Source: Amoebidium appalachense (Eukaryota; Protista; Ichthyosporea). Taken from it: a stretch of DNA of 64,000 bases. The stretch is taken from positions 6,202,564 through 6,266,563 of the forward strand of contig CAVNZM010000004.1 of assembly GCA_963693365.1 (NCBI GenBank), read 5' to 3'. The notes under the pieces were generated by a model, which saw only the letters and a list, made by a program, of their open reading frames with translations, made no database searches and was not told where the DNA came from. Both the position numbers and the translations under genes were made by a program. Shown in pieces: positions 1 through 64,000 of the stretch; within the stretch, counting starts at the first letter, position 1; the number at the start of each line of letters is the position of its first letter.

Positions 1-146
1 AAAAAAAAAAAAGAGGAGGGGGAGAGAGGGGGGGGGAGGGGGAGAGGGGGGAGAGGGGGGGGCATGGGGGGGAGGGCGGGGGTTGCAGTGTGCCCGATAT
101 ACTTCACCCTACCATGCACACAGTGCTGACCCCACTTTGGCCACAG

Positions 147-32771
<32,625 letters not shown>

Positions 32772-33500
32772 CATAGAGCCAAAGAATGTACAATGGAATG
32801 TAAAGGAATGTATGAAAGAATGCAACAGATGATTGTGTAATGGTGTGTTTAATTCCCGGTGTAACAGATGTAGTTTTAGTATCAGAGGTGTGGAAACGAA
32901 TGTAATTTGTGTGATGCAAGTGATCTATGCACTGGTTTCCATGGGCAATGGTAAAACATAACATGTCCACCTATGGCGTCTGTTGGTGTGTACAGAGATA
33001 AAAGGGTTTTAGTATATTTGATTTCGAAAGTGTAGCTACGGGTGTGCCCCATAATAACCAACATGAATGAAAGGCTATGTTTTTCACTTGAGTGAACACT
33101 TGCTAAACGTATTGTTGCTCACACCGTTCGGTGTAGATGGTTTGTTAATGGAATGTAATTTTGATCCCCGAAACGATCCCTGCGGTCATTGATATCCTGT
33201 CATGCGATACCCGTTGTGTTGGTGTAGCCTCTATTTCTACCCCTTCTATCAATACAACGATTATCATAACCAGGTTGAACACTATTGTGTATTGTATGGT
33301 TGTAATGAATGTAGGCTGTCTTTGATAAATATGGTTTAATAGACAACTGTTCCCCCTAGCACTACGAATTGAATAACAACACTGCCATAAACTGCAGTGC
33401 TGCAAAGGGATGTGTTGCACATGTACCGGTTCAGAGATACCACTGCTCTCGACCATGACATCGATGGAGACACCTGGTCATAGCAATACAACCCCCCCTC

Positions 33501-33538
<38 letters not shown>

Positions 33539-33621
33539 CGCCATATACCGTGACACACACACACACACACATATGTGCGCGCGCGCGCGTGTACGTGTGC
33601 ACGTGCAAACACTGTTGCATA

Positions 33622-33657
<36 letters not shown>

Positions 33658-34626
33658 GGGCGGTGGCAACCGGGGGGGGGGGGGGGGGGGAGGGGGGGGG
33701 GGGAAGGGGGGGGGGGGGGACTAAAGCTTGAGGCATCAAAAGCAGATAGACATGTCTGCTCGATGTCAAATATTTGTGCCCTGCAGCTCCGGAGGCTGGC
33801 GTACATATGCATCACCAAGCTCTTCCCACCTCATTTTCAACAAGGATTGCTAATTCGCAATAGCTACCAAACCATTTAAATTCCGATCGCGAGTTAAGAC
33901 ATGTACATCCAACAGCTACCTTGCTACCACCCGGCCATGACCAAACACTCACCCATCTCTCCCCAAACATTACGAAATTTAAAATTTCACTTACCATGTG
34001 CAAGGACACATATTTTTTGCAAAGCGCACATCCATAACCCTTCCCCCCCCCCCCCCCTCCCCCCCCCCCCCCCCCTCCCCCCCCCCCCCCTCCCGTGGCC
34101 ACCCCCACCCCCGCCACCACCAGCACCACCGCCATCACCACGACCATGCCCACCACCAAAATAGATGAGTAGCGATAAATAGATGGATAGATAGCCGTGG
34201 AGACGGGCTACAATCGATCATGTACACGACCAGAATTTCGATTTGTACGTACGAGCACAGGCACGTGCCCAATGGGCACACTGTCAACACACATTACCTT
34301 ACCCGCGCGTGCACCCAAAAACAACATGCATGTGCACATGAACTCGCATACAAACAAACATGCAACATATGCATGGCATGAGTAATAACTATGGCTGCAT
34401 ACGTGGACACGCCTTTACCAGCTGGCCACCGCCAAAGGATTAAAAGCAGAGAAAAGGTCATGAAAAACGAAATCCCAATTTATGGTATGTAGGACAAGCC
34501 AGGCTTAAGACCACATAACGTAAAGCCTGCGCTACAAGATAGTATTTATCGAACAGTTACTATAAGAGTGGTGGTGGTGGTGGTGGTGGTGGTGGTGGTG
34601 GTGGTGGTGGTGGTGGTGGTGGTGGT

Positions 34627-34666
<40 letters not shown>

Positions 34667-34962
34667 ATGGGGGATACCAGTCTTTCACATAAAGGTGGTG
34701 GTGCTCCAAGATTTTCAGCACACAAACTTGGGCCGCAAAGGGCAGGAAATCATGGCTCAAAACTGTTTATTCGTGGTGTAAACCAATTTATGTGAAAGGT
34801 ACACTGTCGACCCCATGAAACATTCGTGCATTCAATTTACAGTGCATAGCCACTAAATCATGTGAGGCTCTATGATAGTGCAATCTCATTCGGACCTGTA
34901 ATTGTCTAGCCGCGCGGCCATATCCTAGCACAAAAACAATAGACCAACAAAAACCATATTAT

Positions 34963-35002
<40 letters not shown>

Positions 35003-35023
35003 CCTCCCTCCCCCCCAACCAAC

Positions 35024-35057
<34 letters not shown>

Positions 35058-35138
35058 AAGAAAAAGGAATAAAGAACGCGAACCATCACACACAGTAGAC
35101 GCCCATTTTCTCACATCTTCTAAGTGCGTCCTAAAAAC

Positions 35139-38927
<3,789 letters not shown>

Positions 38928-38989
38928 GGTGATGCGGTGCGTGTGTCTCTTTTAAAACCCACAGACACCCTCGTTTTTCTAGCTGCCAA

Positions 38990-39979
38990 AGAGTATTGCT
39001 CGACCTTTTAGTGTTCGCTTGTAAAATCTCCAATCTCTATAGAGTTCGCAGGCTGTGTGCTGGAAACCAGCGAGCGCTCAAAATTTTCTAGATGCTAGGA
39101 ATCGCAGCGCGACCTCTCGTTTTCGTTTGCCCGGTGTTCATGTGAAACTATAGTAAGTGGCTGGCGCGCTAGGTAAGTAGTGGATTGCTTTTCCATCAAT
39201 AGAGAGCTACTTCCGTGGTATTAGGGCTAAGAAGCAGGAGTTATATTACAACCAGAAAAAACATATATATCCGTCATGCAAAATCAGTTCAGGTTCCGTC
39301 ACAAAACTTTACACGTGCAACTTCATGGAGAGAGGGGACCTAAGGGCAGTCTACATTGAGTAAACGCAAATTCTTTGCCACTACGACATATACAGTTAAA
39401 GTTGGTCGTAGTTGACGTCATATATGACGTTGCTTTTTAGACTACAATAACGGATGATACAGGTGGTGCCGTTTAAGCCAATCAGAAAACGGATATAGTT
39501 CCACATGTTTCTCCCCAGTTGCATTTCAGAACTATCACGTATTAGATATTTGTTTTTGGTGTTCAGTCATTGCAAAGAGCAGATCTAAGATATATATGTG
39601 ATAGTTGTTGGTAAGTTTGTTTATCTAAGATCTGGGGGTTAGATAACGGCGTTACGCGACAGCTGCTAGTTACGCTAGCGCTGCAAAAAGAAGGTCTAGA
39701 GCTCAGTGCCTTTTTTTTTTTTGCCTCCAAGCATGTTGGGTTCTAGATCTTTAGCAAAAACATAGGCGAAACTCCGCGCATTTTCCAAGTCTTACGCCTG
39801 TAATATTTCAAATGCAAATGAAGACGTCTGTTCACTTCTAGGACCACCTTTCGGGCTTGCCACTCGCTCGTGATCACTGCCGAGCACGTTGCTCAAGGTA
39901 GAATGTCGCGTGTGTTAGGCACAAGAGGATTCCCAACACGGTTTAAGCAACGTCTAATCTCTGTCTAACCACCTATAAA
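38990..39979. promoter_or_regulatory. Probable bidirectional promoter / 5' UTR region between the divergent CCDC59-like and GalT-like genes
   Basis: About 1 kb almost free of simple repeats between head-to-head ATGs. Contains a CRE-like TGACGTCA (39413-39420) overlapping the palindrome ACGTCATATATGACGT (39415-39430), a CCAAT box near 39478, and a strong donor AG|GTAAGT at 39173 that suggests a 5' UTR intron. Confidence 0.5.
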
Positions 39980-49969
<9,990 letters not shown>

Positions 49970-50638
49970 AGACTCGATGTGATTTTAATTTTTAGAACTC
50001 GAATGCCATTGGGTGGCCATGTTGTAGCATGCTATGACGACGGTTTGCGTGTAGCTCTTATTAGTCGGTAGCTAGTAATAGTACGAATTTCATAGTCGAT
50101 CGCAAACGAAATAGACGGCAGTTGAAACCACTTGGATGTGCGTGCCGTGATGAAATCTGAATGAATGACTGCTATAGTTGGATATTTCATAGGCCGCATA
50201 TAAAGTGCGTGGAGTAGAGCACGGATTTCTATATCGCATTGAAAAAAGTCGCTGTATCTCTCGTGTATGTATGCAACAGTACCATTGTGGAGCGGCTAAC
50301 TAGGAATATTCGAACGTTGACCCAACAATATGTGCACCTTGATGATTGATGGATTCCTGAACATAACTGTGATATATGATTTGTCGGTAAGAATAAAATG
50401 AAACGTATCAAGTTGTGTGGCCCTTTGTCTTTAAACCAGCTCGTAACATGTATGAGCCATAGCCATACAATAAAAGACTACTGTCCTCAGGCTATTAGCT
50501 TACACGCATGCACTGAGTCATGACCACAAAGACAGATACTTAGAACACAAACACATGCAAACAGGCAAAAACAAACGTACATGCTCACAGTACATGCGCG
50601 CACACGCGGAGGTGTGTACGCACCCACACACGTCACAT

Positions 50639-50691
<53 letters not shown>

Positions 50692-51040
50692 CACACGCGT
50701 CACACACACATGTGCACACCGTGCACCCCCCCCCCCCCCCCCCCCCCCCCTTGACACACACTTCACACAAACACGTTTACAATCGCACGCACACACACAG
50801 ACACACACACATGCACACACAGTGCCAAACACACACACGTGTACACACCCAAACACTCACACACATACACACACGTACAACCCCCCCCCCCCCCCCCCAC
50901 ATGCACAAACATACAGACACGCAGACAGCACGTTTATTGTTACACACCCAACACACCGTGCCATGCACACACAAACACGTGACACACGTCACTGCATATA
51001 ATGTACACAAACGTACACACACACACTGGCGGTGTAACTA

Positions 51041-52171
51041 CAGTAAACCGCTCGAATTTGGGACGATTTGAATCCCGTCATAAATTTGGGACACTTTTGA
51101 TTGGTCCTCGGCGCATCGCCCGGACTTGGGTCCATTATTACGTTTTTCCCGCCCTTTTTGCATGCCAGCGTGTCTGGTTGGCTGCCCAACCCGGCAGCCA
51201 AGTTTGAAAATAAAGGGCCGTTTTCTACCAACCACCACAGCAGAGCAAAGCACATCCTCTTTCGAAAACATAGGAACTCCTCATCCTCACTCTAAGGATT
51301 TCCTCTCACGTAGCCTCACATCTTTCATATGCTTTGTACTTTTACTGCCCATTTATCACACACCCTTGCCCCACAGACAGAATGGGGTTCCCAACATGAG
51401 TGCACAAGGGCAGAAAAGGCGCAAGCCCACAGCAGAGGAGATAGAGGCAGCGTTTCTAGCGTTAACACAAAAATAAGACACAAGAAGAGCGATGTAATTT
51501 AGCTGCAGAGCACGTGAAGCATAATATTTATTCTTACAGGGAAGCAGTTGAAGTTTCTGGGGTAGCACGCACCACCATTGAGAATCACCTTAAGGTCAAA
51601 GTTAGTAGACACGGGGCCGGAAGGCCCTCAGCACTCACTTATGAACAAGAGAGAGGTGTGATAGAGTGGATCTTTGAGAGGCAGGATGCGAAGCTCTCCG
51701 CATCTGTTCGTGAAATCAAACAGAAACTAGTAGAAACTGCAAAAGGACACGGGGTACCCTTTAAGAACGACAGACCATCTGATGGGTTCTGGAATGCTTT
51801 CAAAAAACGACACCCAGACTTCACTTTGAGGGTGCCTTTGCCAGCTGATGACTGGCACGATGCAGCAACAACACCAAGCATCATTCGTCACTACTTTGAC
51901 ATCGTCCGCAAAGTGATGGTAACTTTTTTTGGCGGTCGATTCCTTCCCCGCCAAGTCCTCAACCTGGACGAAACCCCACAGAGAATCCACTACGTTCCTA
52001 GACTAGCCGGTGCTAAAAAAGGCAGCAGGGCAGTCCGACGTCGCATCATCGGAAACGGCAAAGAAAACGTCACCATCATTCCAATTGGCAATGTTGCAGG
52101 TGAACTTCGTGGTGTCATCGTGATTCTCAAAGACGCACGAGTCAAGTCAAGTCAATTCGAGCGGTTTACTG
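51041..52171 (+). mobile_element. Pogo/Fot1-like (Tc1/mariner superfamily) DNA transposon, internally deleted
   Basis: Perfect 18-bp TIRs CAGTAAACCGCTCGAATT (51041-51058) and AATTCGAGCGGTTTACTG (52154-52171), with TA on both sides. Encodes a truncated transposase. Confidence 0.93.
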
Positions 52172-52245
52172 TAGGGTGCCACGGTACACTTTGGCTGAGA
52201 GGGCACAAGGGGTCTAAAAATGGCCAATGGGCAGCGACTGTCTGA
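51396..52245 (+). pseudogene. Truncated pogo-family transposase (psq-type HTH + CENP-B-type HTH + start of DDE domain)
   Basis: SYREAVEVSGVARTTIENHL (HTH), GRPSALTYEQE...PSDGFWNAFKKRHP (CENP-B HTH) and VLNLDETP (first catalytic Asp). There is an apparent frameshift near 51466-51476 after the ATG at 51396. Homology ends at the right TIR and the frame reads through to a stop outside the element. Confidence 0.85.
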
Positions 52246-52585
52246 CCATATAGCTACAGTATGCCCTTTTCCGAAGTGCAGGGGCCACAGGGCACAAAAC
52301 AGGGCTTGAAATATGATTCTTCTCCTATTGGCTCTTCCTTCGGTGAGCCACATTTCCTATTGGCTAGACAATCGCTTTGTGGTTTTCGCGCCTTTTTTGG
52401 GCAAGTGGCTTTCCTGCCCGGCGGATCCAAGATCCTGAAAGTTCAAGTTCGATATTATCGCAACGGAGTCGTGGCAAGTTGTACTTTACTGTATTCAGTT
52501 CTAGGTCCCGTCTAATCTGCACGCTCGGGCCCAAAACTACCTTTCTTTCACGACCTTCCCCTCTCCCTCATTCTTATAGAACAAC

Positions 52586-58655
<6,070 letters not shown>

Positions 58656-59271
58656 GGGCCAACTTAGTCTGGACACTGGGCCGACGAATGCCTTCATTGC
58701 GCAATCAACCATCCTAGTGTGTATAGAAAAGGAGTGTGATAGGTCTAGAATGTGGTGGAAAGGAAATGGGGTTGGGAAAGTGTGTGTAACGTTGTTGGAA
58801 CGTGAGAATCCGGCAGGACCAGTGCTGTAATTACTTTAGTATGTGTAAATGCAATGATTTTAGATTTTAGATAGCAACCGAGCGGCATTTGTATACCACT
58901 TCCGGTTTGTTTACTTTTTAGTTTCTTTTGTGGTGGTAAGTTTTTTTTTTTTTTGCCCTGCCCCTTCCCCTTTATTTTTTATTAAAAGTTTAAGTTCAAA
59001 CTTGGCATTTTGCTGGTAATTTGTCAATGTGATATCGGATTCAATAATGGGTTTTACTTATATAGGGGGTGACATCCTTTTTTAGGCGTTGCCTATCTCG
59101 AAGTCAAGGAGCCCTGGAATATTGCCAACTATGCATTACAAACACTATTGTATATAAACGCAAGACACGAGTCTGAACCTACCTCTCAGGCGGAAGTTTA
59201 TATCATATCGTAAATATGGAACAACACTTGTACTCCGAGTTCTCATTCCTCTCAAAGCTGTAAGGTTTGTT

Positions 59272-59307
<36 letters not shown>

Positions 59308-59713
59308 CGGAGTTCCCCCCCCTCCTCCCCCCCCCCTCCCCGCGCGGCAACTTTTTACCATCACACGTCCGAGCGAGTCAGTACATCATCATGGTATGCA
59401 TGCGCCGTTTGTGCTCAATATGACCTCTATATTATTATTAGGTAGGTATGTAAAGAGAGGACGCAGCGCACATACACTATAGTAGCTACGCACACACACC
59501 GTACAGAAACCACGTCACACATACATAAACGCACACACACACGCGTACACACACGAATACCGCGGATGTGGAGTTACGTGGTGAAGCCCTACTTGAATTT
59601 CTTTATTATTAGTCACTTCTTCCCCCCCCCCCCCCCCCCCCTTCCCCCCCCCAAAAAAATATAATGTATAAATAATGATAATATAATAATAATAATAATA
59701 ATAATAATATAAT

Positions 59714-59750
<37 letters not shown>

Positions 59751-60240
59751 CGCACACAAGCACATGCACAGGCACATGCTGTGGTACGGTACCTACTGTA
59801 CGTAAGTTTTTTTTTTCAAGGCCCGCGCCTAGAGAGGCCGCGGCACTCCGGGAGTCTAGTAGAAATCCAAGCGGTAACGGTTACCGCTCCCGTGGACACC
59901 CAACCCACCCCGGCCCGGGGTGCATGTCTGAGGTGACCCTTTTTGAATTCTTGGGCGGCCAGCCCGGAGAAATTGAAGGGTTTGCACAAGTTATCCCGGA
60001 CCAAGTTGACGAGCTCAAATATACCACATGCTTCAAGTTACAGGGTGTGTTTCCATGAAATAAGCGGCATTGACGGTGCAATATTATTAGGTACTTTCTT
60101 TTCTTGTAAGTCTGATTTGGATTCATACATGTGCACGAGAAGGAAATATACAAATCAATATGACTGCAAGGTAGATGGGTGAATTTTGTTGAGCATGTAC
60201 GTACGTATTAAATTTCGAATCCCCCCTCCTCCTCCGAGCC

Positions 60241-60271
<31 letters not shown>

Positions 60272-60589
60272 ACCCACACACACCTAGTAGTCATGCCCCC
60301 CTCTCTCCCCCCATCCCCCTCCCATGAAATATGTACAGAACACATGCCGAGGTGTGCTTCATCACTGCTAGCCGGCAAGTTGTTCCACGCATAGTGTATG
60401 GCATGGTCCGTCACAGTGGTGTTTCAGAAAAGTTATAAGCGACATACGAATTTGCCCCGTCCCAGAATGATTGTTCCGCGAGAAGAATATCTCATGAATA
60501 CTCCAACATCCTAGAATACCCCTGCAAACGAATCTCAAGGCTGGGGAAGATAAAGTGCGAGAACTTAAACTCGGACTTTTCTTTAGTTC

Positions 60590-60620
<31 letters not shown>

Positions 60621-60628
60621 CTCTCTCT

Positions 60629-60659
<31 letters not shown>

Positions 60660-61182
60660 CTTTCTTTTTTTCTTTTTTCCCGTCCCTGTATCTCCGAAAT
60701 GCGTAGAGAGCTGTTTCTGTAGATCAAGTTCGAAGGCGGGAGTGGGTGGGTGGGTGGTAGGTGGATGCCATGGCTGATGGGTGTGTTTGTATGTGCACAC
60801 GCAAAGATGGAGTGAGTTGTCTGTGTGTGTGTGCGGGTGTGGGGGTGTGCGTGCGTGTGCGTGTTTGTGTGTGTATGTGTGTGTGTGGGAGGAGGGGGAA
60901 GGGGGGGGGGGAGGGGGGGGGGGGGGGGAGAGGGGGAGGGGGGGCAGGGAACTGGGCCCGGAGGGTGGGGGGATGTAAGGTAAGGTAGGCGTCACCCACG
61001 TAAAAAAAGATAAAATCCTGGATTTATTTTCAGTACGAATTATACGAAGTAATCTTTTACTCATACCTGTACTACAAAGTTGTGGCACGGGGGGCTGGCA
61101 GAAGGAGAGAGAAATCTGTATAAAGTAGCATTGAACTATTAGCAATATAATATAAATCATGATATGCACACTCGTTCGAACA

Positions 61183-61220
<38 letters not shown>

Positions 61221-61265
61221 TCCCCGTGTGTGTGTGTCTGCGCCAGTGTGTGTGTGTGTGTGTTT

Positions 61266-61307
<42 letters not shown>

Positions 61308-62699
61308 GTGTGTGTGTGCGTGCACGTGCGTCACGCGACGCGTGCACACGTTCAATTGGGAGGGGGGGGGGAGAGGGGGAGGATTCGGGAAGAAAGGGGG
61401 GGGAGGGCGGAGAGAGAGGGGGGGGGGGGAGGTGGGGAGCTGTGTGTAGTGCCGCGCGTGTGTTAATCCCCTTATAAATATTTTAACTCTTTCTGTGCTT
61501 TTTTTGGGCCGGAGGGGAGGGGGGAGGGGGGGGGGAGGGGGAGAACCGAACTGAATAATATCTGTCTAAAGTAACGGTACGGGAGAGGGGGGGCGGGGGT
61601 CTATAATTTATATGAGCAGTGTCCGTAATACCATGCTATGTAAGACTTGACTGTTTCTTGTATGGTCATGCAAATACACGTGAAGGGGTAAAAGGGGAGG
61701 AGGCTTAGGCCCGAAAACAACTTTACCAGGTGGAAGGGGGGAGGGGGGAAGGGGCCTCGGGGCGGAGAACGTTGCATCTTGCAGCTAGGTGCAAGTGTGT
61801 GTGGATGAGAGGCAGAGAGAGACGGGGGGGGGGGGGGGGGGGGGGAGGGGGAGAGAGAAAAAGAGAGAGGGGGAAAAAAAAAGGCGGGAGGAGGGGGAGG
61901 CCTTGGGAAAGGGGAAGAGCAAAAAAGAGATAGGGAAAGAAAGGGAAAGAAAGAGACGGGGGAAGTGGGGTGGTGGCCGTGGTGGTACCACGTAGGTGAT
62001 GCTGGTTGGTTGGTGGTTGGTCTTTGGGGAAAGGGAAGGGAAAAGGAGGAGGGAGGGGGGGGGGGGGGGGGGAGGAAGGAATCCCACATACTCCATCTTT
62101 TTCACAACAAGGCAAACTCCTTAATCCCAAGCCTTATTTATAATGTCTGAAGGATGGTAAGCCGGTGATGCCTGCACCAAACGTGGGGAAGGGGGTGTGG
62201 GGTAGGGTTGTGCACGTGTTAGTGTTTCAGGTTCTCCACGCCTGTGGGCATGAGCACGTGCGTTTGGATGTGTATGCATGCGCTTCAGAGGTATGTTTTC
62301 GTTTGTTTTTTCCCTTTCTTTGTTTCTTTTTGGGAGTGGCAGTGGGGAATGGGGAGGGAAGAAAGCCTAAGAGAGAGGAGAGCGAGCGAACGCTTAAGGG
62401 ATGTGAGGGGGGATGGGAGAGGGGGAGGAGGGGGGGAGGGGGTAGATTATGGTGGAGGTGAAGGAATCAGGATTGTTGGGACGCCACAATATCCTCCTGC
62501 AAGAACGAGCACCCAGGAAAGTTGGGCACAACCTCCATCACAAACACCGTGACGAAGCATGCAAACAGCCCTTACCTGGAGGCACTACTTACCTGGAGGC
62601 ACTAGGTCCACAAGACCCGGTGGTCCTGTTCTTGAAAGCAGAGACTGAGGCCATGGGCGAGAGGCGAGCACAACAAAGATGGAGAAAAAAAATAAAAAA

Positions 62700-62960
62700 A
62701 TAAATAAAAACCACAGTACGTTCGGCGTTTGCATTTCGCGCCCATTTCGTGCCGGTTACGCTATTTTTAAAAACTTGGCGAGTGATATTTTCGCCTTTTT
62801 TGTGTTACACTAACCCCAAAAAGGAAGTCCAACCCGCAGCCACTATCCGCCTCCGCGCGCCACCGGAGTCGGAAGGACGGACAATGATTGGTTGGAACCA
62901 AATTTAAACCAATCAAATCGAATAGCCGCTGAATCAGACCAACTCCATATTAAAACGTTA
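62700..62960. promoter_or_regulatory. Promoter-like region with clustered CCAAT/ATTGG boxes
   Basis: CpG-rich and repeat-free, with GATTGGTTGGAACCAAATTTAAACCAATCA at about 62886-62915. It lies upstream of a minus-strand ATG (62654) and a GTAAGT donor. Confidence 0.35.
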
Positions 62961-63244
62961 CTCTTAAGATACATTGGGTTTTCACTTCTTATCTTTCAGA
63001 TTGCATCATTATTGGCAAACTTGGACACAAGATAACGCTATATTCATTGGGGTTTACGCTGTTTACTCGAGGCAAAGAGAACCAGTCTCAGGTATGGGGG
63101 GGGGGGTTTTTGCTCGGAATATCCCCTCAGCGGTATATCATGATCACGTACATAGATGTCGGGTGGTGACTATATATCAGGGTTTACTTTCTCTACGAGA
63201 CACCATAAAGACTACAAGGAGAAATCAATTAGTTGGGGTTCCCC

Positions 63245-63284
<40 letters not shown>

Positions 63285-63316
63285 GGGCTCCCCTCGGGAC
63301 ACTCGGTATCAGCTGG

Positions 63317-63369
<53 letters not shown>

Positions 63370-63390
63370 GTGTGTGTGTGTGCGCGTGCG

Positions 63391-64000
63391 CTATAATTTT
63401 GTAGTGATGTGTTTCTCAAGCCAATCAATACATCTAATAAACAGGTCGTAGTTACGCGTGTTTAGTATAAAATCAAGGATGTTGTAATTTACAGGTAGGC
63501 TATCTTTCTGGGTGTCTGTTGTGAATGTGACGTGTGTGTGTTGCGGTATTATGTGGTCTATCAAACTACATTTGGCGATACATGACCGGTTAAACTGGTG
63601 TGTGTGTGTGTTGTTTGGGCATGCAAATGATGCCACCTTATACTTATTAGATCTCCACTGTATAGCACGTGTACAGTAAAAGCGTGGTAATTGATCAATA
63701 ATACCATCAGCTAGAGAGAGACCAGTTCTACAGGAAAGTAATATGTATTTAGGTGTTATACACTTGCGAGTGCCATATTTGGCAATATGGTTGAGGCGGT
63801 CAGTATATATAAAACGAGACATAAGGCTTAGTTTTTCAAGGTGTATGCTTTCATCGGGTCTAGTGTCGTGTGGTATCTTTTTCCATTTGTTATATTGCGT
63901 GATTATCTTGTGATTGTGTACATGTTTAATAAGTAAGTGGCAGTCCAAAGTCACACACACACTATTGCGGGGTTTATTTGTATTTGTGCCCAGGGGAGAA
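63391..64000 (-). mobile_element. Probable C-terminal part of a non-LTR retrotransposon ORF, stop followed directly by (CA)n
   Basis: AT-richer, intronless, largely non-repetitive frame open to the window edge. The pattern AIQWRSN...ACP...FNRSCIAKC...YNILDFILN resembles, from memory, the Cys-containing tail of RT ORFs in early-diverging fungi and protists. The RT core itself is not visible. Confidence 0.5.

Noticed and set aside
61041-61053. loxP-like half site TATACGAAGTAAT
   Set aside because: The second 13-bp arm is absent, so a chance match is likely.

Overview
Eukaryotic, very intron-dense genomic DNA. The introns are saturated with poly(C)/poly(G) homopolymers and (CA)n/(GT)n/(CT)n microsatellites, so nearly all ORFs in the supplied track are repeat artefacts. 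Assembling exons by hand gives four protein genes: (1) a 5'-incomplete USP32-like deubiquitinase (+, 147-32771, at least 44 exons, ending in a CaaX box); (2) a CCDC59/FYV7-like rRNA-processing protein (-, 35139-38927); (3) a membrane-anchored GalT/HIT-superfamily protein with an HPH motif (+, 39980-49969); (4) a beta-carbonic anhydrase (+, 52586-58655). Also present are an intron-containing tRNA-Arg(TCT) inside a USP32 intron, an internally deleted pogo/Fot1-like transposon, several TTAA-flanked (Kolobok-like) MITEs, a 28S rRNA fragment spanning the R2/I-PpoI site, and the probable 3' end of a non-LTR ORF running straight into (CA)n. Gene content suggests a holozoan, possibly a unicellular one (inference only). 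The two most notable observations are (a) a dispersed, variably 5'-truncated element with about 10 copies or fragments that ends in ...CATTCAAA followed by poly(C) instead of poly(A) and carries a pseudoknotted RNA fold supported by compensatory changes between copies, and (b) an intron architecture in which degenerate and GC donors are followed almost immediately by sense-strand poly(C) and several acceptors are simply (CA)n-CAG. All analysis was by eye, and homopolymer lengths may be affected by sequencing error.
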